Positions 27,201 through 36,740 of a DNA stretch of 64,000 nucleotides are shown here, one piece after another. The stretch covers positions 114,582-178,581 of the forward strand of contig PLME01000005.1 of the NCBI GenBank assembly GCA_003142375.1, read 5' to 3'. A program made the translations under genes and the position numbers. This DNA is from Dehalococcoidia bacterium (GTDB lineage Bacteria > Chloroflexota > Dehalococcoidia > GIF9 > UBA5629). Positions within the stretch are counted from its first letter, which is position 1. Every line of letters starts with the position of its first letter. The notes beneath the pieces are model-generated. The model was not told the origin of the DNA and did not search any database. It saw only the letters and a program-made list of their open reading frames with translations.

Positions 27201-29138
27201 GTGGCGGGCTATATGTATAGGGTATTCGGCCTCTTACTGATATTGGCGCTGGCCTTCTATCTGGCCTTCATCCCCCATATCGGCTATGCCTATCCGCTTC
27301 ATGGGGACGAGTGGATGCATATGACCTATGCTGAAACCATTGCCGGGACCGGCTCCATTACCTTTCCCGACCCCTTTACGGGCTTGACCGACATTAAATT
27401 GGGAGGCAACCTCTGGGTGGGCTATCATATCCTCTGGTCCATCTTCCAGCAGGTCAGCGGCATAGACTGGATAATTCTTTTCAGGTACTTTCCCTCCATC
27501 ATATTCATGCTTACCGTCCTGGCTGTCTATATCTTAGCCGCCAGGCAGGGCTACGGGTTGGAAGCTGCCTTCTTTACCTGCCTCATACCCACTACAGGCG
27601 GTCTGCTCGGCCCCGCCTTCATGGTTCCCATGGCTCTGGCCATGCTCTTCATACCGCTGTCGCTATTTCTCGCCTTCAATATAAAGAAGTGGCCTTCCTA
27701 CCCGCTGATATTTCTCTTTACCGGTTTCCTTTTGATATCCCACGCTACAACTGCCATCGCCCTCTGTATCATTCTGGCTCCCTATATCCTGTTAAATATC
27801 AAGGGGAATATCCGCCACGCAGCGGGAGTGTTGGCCGCCCTTGTTCTGCCCTTTGCCCTGTCATTGCCCTGGACTTTCCAGATAGCGGTTCAGACCGCCC
27901 GGCAATTGTTAGTACCGCAGTATTTCTCCCCTTTCATTGAGCTGCCTGACCTATTATTAGAGTATGGCTTATTGCCTATCGCCTTCAGCTTCATCGGTAC
28001 CGTCATATTAGTAATGAAGGGCGGCAAGAAAAACCTTGGTTTGGTGTCCGGGCTGGCTTTATTGCTCATCATAATGCTCGTATTTATCAGGTTCCATTAC
28101 GGTTTGTCCACGGTATATGAGCGTGGCCTGACAGCCATGCTGTTGATTTTAAGCATCCTTGCCGGCGCGGGATTATTCCGGCTGAGAAAGCTTAAGCTGC
28201 CCGCCAATTTTCTGGACAGACATAAATCCATTCTTCTCAGAAATAGCACTAATATAAGCTGTGTGTCTCTGGTTGTATTAATCCTCGCCGTTGCTATCCC
28301 AACCCGCCTCAATGCTGTCTTTTACCATATGATTGACGACGAAGACTACCGGGCATTTACCTGGATTAACGATCATGTTGGAACGGACTACAGTTCAGCA
28401 CTGGTAGATCCGTGGAAAGCCACGGCTTTCTCTGCCATCACCGGTAAAAAAGTCCTTCATAGGATATGGCCCAAGCAGGACCCGATTGACGATAGGATTT
28501 ACAGTTACCTGAAGGGTGGATGTCAGGACCCGGTTTTTCTGAGGGACAACAAGGTGTCCTTTATCTATAACCTGTTGCCATGCGATAATCGCGATTTGAT
28601 TGAAGTAAGTGACCGGGTATTTGTAACAAATCCAAATATATATGTTACTTTTGCAGCAAATGATCAGTTACAGAATGCCGGCTTCGAGGCCGTTTACGGA
28701 AATCCGCCTGCACACTGGGGGAAATGGTCACAGAATTGCAAACCCACTTTCCTGTATCCCGAACCGGGCCGGATCGGAGGGTCATCTGTCGCTATACAAA
28801 TGATGGAACTTGAACCATTTACGCCGTGGCCGCAAGCGATATGGCTTCAGAACATCCCGGTTCAGTCCGGTAAATCCTATACAGTTGGGGGCTGGATTAA
28901 AAGTGAAAATATTGAGGGAAAAGGCGGTGCAATGATTGTGCCTCAATGGAAAGGACCGGGGAATAAATGGATTAGTCAAACCGCGTTTATGCCATATCTG
29001 AAAGGGGCAACTGGCTGGACTTATTACCAGGGTAATGTCACCGCTCCGCCGGGAGCAACTATCTGCACAGTATGTTGCTTTATGGCTGGCTGTTCAGGTA
29101 CAGCCTGGTATGACGATATCTCATTCAAAGAGAAATAA
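27201..29138 (+). CDS. GT-C-like polytopic membrane glycosyltransferase with C-terminal carbohydrate-binding-like beta-sandwich domain
   Basis: About 11 TM helices with an acidic motif in the first extracytoplasmic loop (LHGDEWMH). The ~300-aa soluble C-domain ends with a CBM4/9-like segment (GGWIKSENIEGKGGAMIVPQW ... TAWYDDISF). No WWDYG motif, so it is not an AglB/PglB-type oligosaccharyltransferase. Confidence 0.4.
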   Translation: MAGYMYRVFGLLLILALAFYLAFIPHIGYAYPLHGDEWMHMTYAETIAGTGSITFPDPFTGLTDIKLGGNLWVGYHILWSIFQQVSGIDWIILFRYFPSIIFMLTVLAVYILAARQGYGLEAAFFTCLIPTTGGLLGPAFMVPMALAMLFIPLSLFLAFNIKKWPSYPLIFLFTGFLLISHATTAIALCIILAPYILLNIKGNIRHAAGVLAALVLPFALSLPWTFQIAVQTARQLLVPQYFSPFIELPDLLLEYGLLPIAFSFIGTVILVMKGGKKNLGLVSGLALLLIIMLVFIRFHYGLSTVYERGLTAMLLILSILAGAGLFRLRKLKLPANFLDRHKSILLRNSTNISCVSLVVLILAVAIPTRLNAVFYHMIDDEDYRAFTWINDHVGTDYSSALVDPWKATAFSAITGKKVLHRIWPKQDPIDDRIYSYLKGGCQDPVFLRDNKVSFIYNLLPCDNRDLIEVSDRVFVTNPNIYVTFAANDQLQNAGFEAVYGNPPAHWGKWSQNCKPTFLYPEPGRIGGSSVAIQMMELEPFTPWPQAIWLQNIPVQSGKSYTVGGWIKSENIEGKGGAMIVPQWKGPGNKWISQTAFMPYLKGATGWTYYQGNVTAPPGATICTVCCFMAGCSGTAWYDDISFKEK

Positions 29139-29243
29139 ATTAAAGAAGATCATTTTGGGAGGATACATCGGGATGACAACGTAAGTATATCTTTAGATTG
29201 TCATTAGATTTAAGGTATACTTTATAGGTAATTCAATGATTTC

Positions 29244-30140
29244 TTGAGGGGCTATTTTTTGAATTCACGGTTCAATATCGATCTGGCTCTGGTCTTGATC
29301 TTATCATTTATTCTAATTTTAATAATTCTTTTTATCCCGATTGATGCAATCAGGATCATTCTAGGGCTGCCGTTCATACTGTTTTTTCCGGGCTATACAC
29401 TGGTCGCCGCATTATTTCCCGGAAAATCCGGCTTACAGAGCGTAGAAAGGCTGGCACTGAGCATCGGTTTAAGTCTGGCTATAATGCCGCTTATCGGCCT
29501 GATCCTTAACTGCACGCCATGGGGTATAAGGCTCCACCCCATACTAATTTCCCTTACCGTCTTTATCATGGCGATGTGCACAATTGCTTTTTTACGGCGA
29601 AACCGTTTATCCGATGATGATAAATACGACTTCGGCTCTATGCTAACCATCCGCAAAGCCGGAGCAAAAGAAGTTCCTGCCACAGACGGCATGCCCTCCC
29701 TTAAAAAGAAAAAATGGATGGATAGACTGCTTAATATTGTACTGGCACTGGCCGCCGTTGTCTGTATTTGCACCATTGTTTATGCGATCGTAACACCGAA
29801 AACAGGCGAGAAATTTTCCGAGTTCTATGTACTGGGAAACGAAGGCAAGGCGGAGAATTATCCGCGTGATGTTAAACTGGGGTCTCCAATATTGCTTACT
29901 ATAGGTATTGTGAACCATGAACAGGCGGAAACTGTGTATACCGGTAAAGTGACTATTGACGGGGTCAATAATATTGCCTTACCCACGATAACGCTGGCTC
30001 CAGAGCAAAACCAGGAGCAGGTTATTTCGTTCACCCCCACCAAAGTGGGCCAGAGTCAGAAAGTGGAGTTTTTACTATTTAAGAATGCGGAGACAGAACC
30101 GTATTTAACGCTTCATATCTGGGTGAATGTGAGAAAGTAG
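29244..30140 (+). CDS. DUF1616-like polytopic membrane protein (paralog of 24416..25258)
   Basis: TTG start. N-terminus MRGYFLNSRF parallels MRFYNRVIL of the paralog. Shared FFPGY, GL.LNFTPWGI and EFY.L..EG.AENYP blocks. Confidence 0.5.
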   Translation: MRGYFLNSRFNIDLALVLILSFILILIILFIPIDAIRIILGLPFILFFPGYTLVAALFPGKSGLQSVERLALSIGLSLAIMPLIGLILNCTPWGIRLHPILISLTVFIMAMCTIAFLRRNRLSDDDKYDFGSMLTIRKAGAKEVPATDGMPSLKKKKWMDRLLNIVLALAAVVCICTIVYAIVTPKTGEKFSEFYVLGNEGKAENYPRDVKLGSPILLTIGIVNHEQAETVYTGKVTIDGVNNIALPTITLAPEQNQEQVISFTPTKVGQSQKVEFLLFKNAETEPYLTLHIWVNVRK

Positions 30141-30219
30141 AACTAGATACGTACCTAATTTTGTTTGACATCAATAGTAATCAACTGGCATGTGCCGGTA
30201 ATAGGGTAGCGGTTTAAAG

Positions 30220-31509
30220 ATGAACAGTCCGGGAGGTATCAATTTAATAGCGTATCTCCGCGATCCCTTAAGAAACAATGCTCTCTTTTTTATGGCTGCC
30301 AATGCCAGCAATAATCTGATAGGATTTTTCTTCTGGACGTTGGCAGCAAGATTATATACCGTTGAAGATATCGGCAAAGCAACAGCATTAATCTCAGCCG
30401 CTAATTTATTAATTCTCTTCGCGGGCCTGGGCATGGGCATTGGAGTTATTCGCTTTCTATCGGAAGAAAAAAATAAAACCGCCTTAATTAATACTGCCTT
30501 CACAATATCCGAAGTCACTGCACTGATATTATCCTTAATTTTTATCCTGGGCATTGGGGTATGGTCACCAGCTTTAGCTTTTATTTATGATAATTATCTG
30601 CTTATAGCGCTGTTCATCATATTTGCCGTATTTAGTGTTATCCAATCATTACTGTCATTTACCTTTGTTGCCTTTGGTGCCGCTAGATATTCATTTTATC
30701 AGAGCCTGATCGTAGGTATAAAAGTGATCATCCTGATTTTCCTTATACATCTGGGGATAACGGGCGTTTTTGCTTCGTTCGCATTAGGACCTATAATCGC
30801 TGTTATCGTAACTTATATCATTTTTCTGCCGGCAGTATATCCGGGATATAAATTCATCCCTTCTTTTAACGGAACAATTCTCGATACTATAGTGCATTTT
30901 TCCTTGGGTAATTACTTCGGTGAGTGTTTTAAATCATTAACAGGCGTACTTGTGCCGCTCATTATTATTAATCTGCTGGGCGCTGAAACAAACGCCTATT
31001 TTTACGTAGCCTGGATGATTTCTGGGATCTTCTTCATGGTTTCCTATTCCATCAATTATTCATTGATAGCGGCCACAGCGCCTCATCCTGAAGAGCTCCG
31101 CAAGCAAATTGTTAAGGCGTTGAAATTTGCTTTACTGATTCTGATACCGGCAATCATAGTCGTCTATTTTGCAGGCGGATTTATCCTGTCATTATTCGGA
31201 AAAGAATATGCACAGGGAGGGCTGGACCTCTTACACATACTGATTGTTTCCAGCATACCGGTGGCTGTGAATGAAATTTACGTCGCCGTTTACCGCATTA
31301 GAAAGCAGATAAAACCAATTATTCTAATATATGGCTTTATAGCGCTATTTTCTATTGGTGCAGGATATATACTTCTTAAAATACTGGGATTAACAGGAAT
31401 TGGTATAGCCTGGCTGTCAGCTCATTGCATTATGATGATGATCCTTTTTGGAATTAATCTAAAATATATTCGGTCAACTACTAATGTGAGTAATCCCCCC
31501 AATAAGTAA
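30220..31509 (+). CDS. MOP-superfamily polysaccharide flippase (Wzx-like)
   Basis: 429 aa with about 12-14 TM helices. N-terminal pattern of 'polysaccharide biosynthesis protein' flippases. Low-GC gene. Confidence 0.6.
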   Translation: MNSPGGINLIAYLRDPLRNNALFFMAANASNNLIGFFFWTLAARLYTVEDIGKATALISAANLLILFAGLGMGIGVIRFLSEEKNKTALINTAFTISEVTALILSLIFILGIGVWSPALAFIYDNYLLIALFIIFAVFSVIQSLLSFTFVAFGAARYSFYQSLIVGIKVIILIFLIHLGITGVFASFALGPIIAVIVTYIIFLPAVYPGYKFIPSFNGTILDTIVHFSLGNYFGECFKSLTGVLVPLIIINLLGAETNAYFYVAWMISGIFFMVSYSINYSLIAATAPHPEELRKQIVKALKFALLILIPAIIVVYFAGGFILSLFGKEYAQGGLDLLHILIVSSIPVAVNEIYVAVYRIRKQIKPIILIYGFIALFSIGAGYILLKILGLTGIGIAWLSAHCIMMMILFGINLKYIRSTTNVSNPPNK

Positions 31510-31604
31510 AAGTAATGGTCTTTATCCCAATCTTGATAAATGGACCAATAATCCTCATATCACCTACTAAAAGCCTCCCCTTTTCTTACCAACCGTAGTG
31601 CTAG

Positions 31605-31694
31605 TTTTGCAGATCATCTTATCGTATTGGGCCGCGCGGTGGCCGCTTTTCCCGGGATGACGTGCTCATCTTCCTCAGCGATACTCTAAAATAG
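31605..31694 (+). pseudogene. 3' remnant of an excisionase-family HTH gene (paralogous to 43117..43326)
   Basis: Hand translation gives ...SYRIGPRGGRFSRDDVLIFLSDTLK*. The intact copy reads SYRIGPRGDRRFSKDDVLIFLSHTQ. There is an in-frame stop upstream and no start. Confidence 0.55.
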
Positions 31695-31736
31695 CCCGAA
31701 GTCAAAATTTGATCTATACGCCTTGTTAATACAAAA

Positions 31737-31770
31737 CTCCGCCAGGGCTTGGCAGGCTTCGCTGGCGGAG
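31737..31770. repeat. inverted repeat CTCCGCCAG-N16-CTGGCGGAG, copy 1 (leader element)
   Basis: Perfect 9-bp arms with a 16-nt loop GGCTTGGCAGGCTTCG, followed by GGGAGAAAACCCGTG. Near-identical to copies at 32007..32040 and 43351..43384. Confidence 0.55.
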
Positions 31771-31857
31771 TCTGGCACAGGGAGAAAACCCGTGCTTGTC
31801 GGCTATTCTAACAAAGCTTCAGTGACAACTCAATCAATATCGTTCATATCTCATCAA

Positions 31858-31920
31858 TTCATAGTACTTTTGTACTAGTCAGCTAATAGTACTTTGTGAC
31901 CAGTAGTACTTTTAGACCAT
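31858..31920. promoter_or_regulatory. cluster of AGTACT-centred iterons upstream of the beta-helix gene
   Basis: TAGTACTTTTGTACTAG ... TAGTACTTTGTG ... TAGTACTTTTAG. Three TAGTACTTT units 22-25 bp apart, the first palindromic. No credible ORF here. Confidence 0.35.
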
Positions 31921-32006
31921 AGAAAAGGGACTAATGGGCTATTATCTTTAGCTTCAACGCAGCGTATATTGATTACAGTCCGATAAATACAGGGCGAATA
32001 ACGAAA

Positions 32007-32040
32007 CTCCGCCAGGGCTTGGCAGGCTTCGCTGACGGAG
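32007..32040. repeat. inverted repeat CTCCGCCAG-N16-CTGACGGAG, copy 2, immediately 5' of the 32062 start codon
   Basis: Same element with one arm mismatch. Followed by GGGGAGAAGAACC-ATG (RBS plus start of the beta-helix gene). Confidence 0.55.
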
Positions 32041-32061
32041 TTTAGCACGGGGAGAAGAACC

Positions 32062-33300
32062 ATGCTACGTTTACATGGAATTATCCGGCGTCAGACCGCT
32101 GCACGCAAACAGCTGCACGTTATTAATAAGTCCCTGCTATTCTGTTTTCTTTTAATGGCTTGCTTGAGTACTATTTGCAGTGTAGCATTGCCACCCGTCG
32201 CTCTTGCATCTAATATAGATGGCAAATTTTATTTGCCTGAAAATCTATTCTCAGATACCGCAACATATTTCATAGCAGCCTCAGATGCTACAGCAACAGA
32301 AAAGGCACAGGCTGATGTTGTATGTGATGGAAAGGCAGACCAGGTTGAAATTAATGCAGCTATTATAGCAGGACACAATCATATCGTACTATCAAGTGGT
32401 ACTTTTGCAATTGGTGCACAGATTGTTTTGGCAAGTAACATATGGCTTCAAGGGCAAGGTGCTGGAACTATTATAAAAATTGGTGGCGATTATTCTGGCA
32501 TAAAAGTCATAGGTTGTACATACTTTACTCTATCTGATTTTGAAGTAGATGGAGATAATAAAAACACGGGTCTTGGAAGTCATTCTATTTATATCCGTAC
32601 GGGATGTTCTCATTTCACAGTTAGAGATTTACGAGTAGTAAACTCCCATTCCTTTTCACTTATGTTTGACGATGATTGTAGTTATGGCGTAGTTGATAAT
32701 ATTTATTGTTTAAGTTCCAATGAAGCATATCACGATGGAGTACATCTTAATGGTTGTAGCAATATGACAGTAAGTAATATTTATGGTTCAACTGGTGATG
32801 ACTTATTGTGTATTGGGTCCAAAACAGTAGCCACCTCTCATATAACAGCAACAAATATTTCAGGAGTTTCTGGTATGGCGCATCTATGCAGAATATATAT
32901 TGCAGAGCATGCTTCTGCAGGGGCGGCTGTATCAGATATTACTGTTAGCAACATATCCGGCACTGCTAAGAGATTATTGATTATTAACAGCGACACCAAC
33001 GGAACTATCAGTAGAGTTTCTGTTAATAATATTAGTGGGGTTGGAACTGCTAATGGAATCCGTGCTGATACGACCGCTGGCGGGACTATTTCCGACATTA
33101 ATATTGATGGTTTTAGTGTTAGTGGCTCCAGTACCTATGGAGTATTTATTAATGGCGTAACCAGGGGGGCATTGACAAATGGCTCAATTCTAAATTGCTC
33201 TGACCATTCTCTACTTCTAAGAGCCAATACAGCCTTCAAATGCGATAACATCAATATTAAAACAGAGGTTGCAAGCCGGTCAGGTGTGGCGGTAGATTGA
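32062..33300 (+). CDS. secreted right-handed parallel beta-helix protein (pectate-lyase superfamily)
   Basis: Signal anchor. Repeated beta-helix rungs (IVLSSGTFAIGAQIVL, IYIRTGCSHFTVRDLRV, VSNIYGSTGDD, VSNISGTA..., VNNISGVG...) typical of the pectate_lyase_3 / tailspike-like fold. Confidence 0.6.
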   Translation: MLRLHGIIRRQTAARKQLHVINKSLLFCFLLMACLSTICSVALPPVALASNIDGKFYLPENLFSDTATYFIAASDATATEKAQADVVCDGKADQVEINAAIIAGHNHIVLSSGTFAIGAQIVLASNIWLQGQGAGTIIKIGGDYSGIKVIGCTYFTLSDFEVDGDNKNTGLGSHSIYIRTGCSHFTVRDLRVVNSHSFSLMFDDDCSYGVVDNIYCLSSNEAYHDGVHLNGCSNMTVSNIYGSTGDDLLCIGSKTVATSHITATNISGVSGMAHLCRIYIAEHASAGAAVSDITVSNISGTAKRLLIINSDTNGTISRVSVNNISGVGTANGIRADTTAGGTISDINIDGFSVSGSSTYGVFINGVTRGALTNGSILNCSDHSLLLRANTAFKCDNINIKTEVASRSGVAVD

Positions 33301-33331
33301 CCCCACCCCCGTAATTTAATCAATAATAACT

Positions 33332-35083
33332 TCATTTATTCTCTAAATAATACAATTTTTCATGATTGTTATCATATATATTGGCAAATGAAATTTGATT
33401 ATCAATATTTAATATTAGAGAACTATTTGGGATGTTGGACAACCCGCCCCATTTAATATATAACTTATATTCTGTATTCAATTGAGATAACGCAATATAG
33501 TTGCAAATAGCATAATCCATGTTTTCCGTTCTCAAATTATCAATATCTTTGGGTGATTGAGATTTGAATAATTCTTCTATCTGATTTCCCCACAATCCCA
33601 TTCTATTGCCAAAAGCAGTAATGCTTTCAGTCATCTGAGTATCGGCTAAATAACCAGTATTATTATTTGTTTTATCATTTATCCACATAGAAAAAGTTTT
33701 TAAAGAAATCGGTGTTTCTTCTGGAATTAATCCTTTGGTATATATTTGTGGTGCAAAAGCAGTTAGTGGTCCTAATATTAATGTGATAATACAAAACCCC
33801 ATTATGATTGTTTTACTATACTTAAACCGATAAGTATAGAAACTATGCATGATCATAAATGCAGCGGATATTGATAAGGGAAAAACTAAGTAATCAATGA
33901 TTCGAAAACCTTCTACTGAAATCCCACCAGGCCCACCAAGTGGAACAATAAACGCCACCCCAATCAATAAAAAAATAAAAAATGACCAGATTGTCGTAAT
34001 TTGCATTAGTCTATTGTCTTCCATTTTGTAAAATTTATGCTTTACACTTTTTAAAATTGAATACATAATGCCTGAGATTCCCAATAACGCAATAGAAAAA
34101 TATTGTATTAAACGTCCAATGGCTAAATAGGATGGGAAAAATGTTTCACTGGCATGAGAAGGCCAGGATAATTTAGAAATAAACCCATTTTCCATAACAT
34201 TCTTTAATTGAACAATAAAGGCCTTTATATTATGTGCAATAAATCCCGGAACAGTTATGTATATCCACCATGAAACCAGTGACACTGACCATAGAATTAT
34301 TGTTGTTACAGGGATTTTTGTCTTTGTTTTGTTTAGATAATCAAATAGGACAATAATTATAATCGTAAACAAAAATACTACCGAATCTAATTGATGAGAA
34401 ACAATTGATAGCACTATTGAAATGAATAGGATAATTGTCATAGAAATGCTGTTTGTATTTATTCTCTTAAATATAATAAATAAAGCCATAAAAAAGCCTA
34501 AACGAGATAATTCTTGTACTATTACATGTGTTCTATTTAGTATTGACACCACTATAAGTGCATAAAATAGTAAAGATAATAATGAAATATTACTTTTATT
34601 TGTAATTGTTAAGACAAATAAATATAGGAATAATGATACCATTATGCCAATAGTAACGGTCAGCAAATAATATTCTACAGGCATGTTGAAAGGCATAATA
34701 ATATATACGAACGCCAATAAAATATGAGCTCCCGGCCACGATGAAAACACCTGGTGAGGTATTAAAGGTAAATCCTTTGCGATATAACCATTTTCAATTA
34801 TATAATCTGCATATAAAACATGATGATAGTTAAATCCCCATGGTAAGTTAGTGAGCAATAATGGCAAAATCGAAGGAATGATGATTACTATTAGGCAGCT
34901 TATTAAGTTAGTGGATTTATTAGTATCATGAAAAATATTAAACACTAAAATGGAGAGTGCCGCACCATAAAAAATGAAAAAAATTAATGAAAATAGGGGA
35001 TTATAGTTAATTAATAAAAGTGCCGTAATAGCACATAAAATATTAATATAAAATATTTTGTAAAAATATTTAGGATTATTCAT
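33332..35083 (-). CDS. strongly AT-rich polytopic membrane protein, putative glycan polymerase / GT-C-like
   Basis: 583 aa with about 14 TM helices and a soluble ~150-aa C-terminus. No recognisable motifs. Its composition stands out from the surrounding genes. Confidence 0.4.
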   Translation of the reverse strand: MNNPKYFYKIFYINILCAITALLLINYNPLFSLIFFIFYGAALSILVFNIFHDTNKSTNLISCLIVIIIPSILPLLLTNLPWGFNYHHVLYADYIIENGYIAKDLPLIPHQVFSSWPGAHILLAFVYIIMPFNMPVEYYLLTVTIGIMVSLFLYLFVLTITNKSNISLLSLLFYALIVVSILNRTHVIVQELSRLGFFMALFIIFKRINTNSISMTIILFISIVLSIVSHQLDSVVFLFTIIIIVLFDYLNKTKTKIPVTTIILWSVSLVSWWIYITVPGFIAHNIKAFIVQLKNVMENGFISKLSWPSHASETFFPSYLAIGRLIQYFSIALLGISGIMYSILKSVKHKFYKMEDNRLMQITTIWSFFIFLLIGVAFIVPLGGPGGISVEGFRIIDYLVFPLSISAAFMIMHSFYTYRFKYSKTIIMGFCIITLILGPLTAFAPQIYTKGLIPEETPISLKTFSMWINDKTNNNTGYLADTQMTESITAFGNRMGLWGNQIEELFKSQSPKDIDNLRTENMDYAICNYIALSQLNTEYKLYIKWGGLSNIPNSSLILNIDNQISFANIYDNNHEKLYYLENK

Positions 35084-35213
35084 GTACTATACTATGACCT
35101 GGTTATCATTATGAGGAACATAGGCAAAAACCAAAGTTTCATATCAGCTATCTTACCACCATCTCGTAAATATTCTCTACCTTTTTTGCCATGTTTTCCC
35201 GTGAATACTTGAG

Positions 35214-36740
35214 CTAATGTTCTGGATTAAAAATGCTCTTCCCATCGAATAGAAAGTCGCCGTGTACGTTAAGCAGGTCAAGTACGGTTGGGGCGATGTC
35301 CATTAATGTTATATTAAATTGGGAGAAATTTTCTGAACCCGGATAGGATATTAGAAATACCGGGGAATCTGAGCGGTGCGATCCCGGATGTATTTCATGC
35401 GTTCCGGATTTTCCCATGATTGGGCAGTGTATGGACCATCCTATTCCATATCCCTCCTGCAACTCAAAAACAATGTCAGGGTACCGATTAATGAACTCGC
35501 CCTGATACAGCTCTTCGCGTCGGCAGATCCACTTCATTATATTGATACCAGAAGTTGGCTCCCTAATTATGGAAAGCCTGTCAATAATTGCGCTCCGCAG
35601 CTCTTCGTAGCTATTCCTCTTTTTGGCATCACCGCTTATTTCAATGCCCCCGTACGAGTAAGCTTTTATGCCGGAAAGGTCGGAAACACAGGCTATAGTC
35701 TTATCCCAGTCAACCCCTGATGGTGCGGCATAGATTTTCCTGGCCCAGGGGAATAACCTAAGTAATCGGGCAGCTATTACCTCAACACCATGCACAGAGA
35801 TAAGACGGTCAGCCGCTCTTTTGGCCATCTCAGTGAATCTACTTAAATTGCTCTGATGGTTTTGTCCGCCTTTAGATACCAGATATCCTTCTTTCCTAAG
35901 GATCTCATTAATGTTGACAAGGTTGACAGGGCGCATACCGTGTCCGTGGTCACTGAAAATAATTACCGTTGATCCAGAATTAACGGCGGACAGAAGCTCT
36001 CCTATCTTTTTGTCATAAAGGACGTAAAAGTCTTTTATCACATCTTTAAAAGGAGTACCTGCCACATGTGTGGGATCTTTATCATCATGGTGGGACCAGA
36101 AGCAGTGTTGAATAGAATCAAGAACCGAGGAGTACATAAAGAACAGGTCCCAGTCATCCTTTCTCAGCATCTCAATCCCAAATGAGAATTCGTTAGAGAG
36201 AAGATTCTTGCATTTAGCAATAATCTTATATAGTGCGGATGCTTTTAGCGATGAAATCTCTTGGATCATGTTCAATCCGCTTAAGTCCTTATCTTTGCCA
36301 ATTTGCGATGGGTATGCCGCCGGTGCACAATTTGCGCCGAGGTGGCGCATGGATCTGGATACCATCACTCCGTTGACAGGCCAGGGGGGGTAGACTGCCA
36401 GAGGAAAAAGTACACATACTTTCTTTTGATGCTGGCTGAGGTAATCCCAGAAACAAGTGCCCTGGAGTCTTCCCCGAATGGAATTTTCCGAATCATCAAG
36501 GGCTGTGACAAAGCTCTTATTATCCAGCGGACTTCTAAAATATACAATGCCTGTAGACGCAGGGCTTTTTCCTGTATAAATGGATGCCCATGCCACGGGT
36601 GAATCAGGTGGGAAAACTGATTGCATGTGTATTTTAGGTGCATTTTTCATAAGTTCTCTTAGATTCGGGAGTTCGCTTTCGAACTTTGACAGAAGGATGG
36701 AATCAAGGGCGTCAATGCCAATCATTACGACTTTGTTCAC
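35214..36740 (-). CDS. alkaline-phosphatase-superfamily protein (type I phosphodiesterase / nucleotide pyrophosphatase-like)
   Basis: N-terminus VVMIGIDALD (metal-binding Asp pair) and later HG.. / DHGHGM segments fit the AlkP-core fold. GTG start abuts the upstream stop. Confidence 0.5.
   Translation of the reverse strand: MNKVVMIGIDALDSILLSKFESELPNLRELMKNAPKIHMQSVFPPDSPVAWASIYTGKSPASTGIVYFRSPLDNKSFVTALDDSENSIRGRLQGTCFWDYLSQHQKKVCVLFPLAVYPPWPVNGVMVSRSMRHLGANCAPAAYPSQIGKDKDLSGLNMIQEISSLKASALYKIIAKCKNLLSNEFSFGIEMLRKDDWDLFFMYSSVLDSIQHCFWSHHDDKDPTHVAGTPFKDVIKDFYVLYDKKIGELLSAVNSGSTVIIFSDHGHGMRPVNLVNINEILRKEGYLVSKGGQNHQSNLSRFTEMAKRAADRLISVHGVEVIAARLLRLFPWARKIYAAPSGVDWDKTIACVSDLSGIKAYSYGGIEISGDAKKRNSYEELRSAIIDRLSIIREPTSGINIMKWICRREELYQGEFINRYPDIVFELQEGYGIGWSIHCPIMGKSGTHEIHPGSHRSDSPVFLISYPGSENFSQFNITLMDIAPTVLDLLNVHGDFLFDGKSIFNPEH

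Noticed and set aside
27201-29138. AglB/PglB-type oligosaccharyltransferase assignment for the large membrane protein
   Set aside because: There is no WWDYG or DK/MI motif in the C-terminal domain. Only a generic GT-C-like architecture is claimed.
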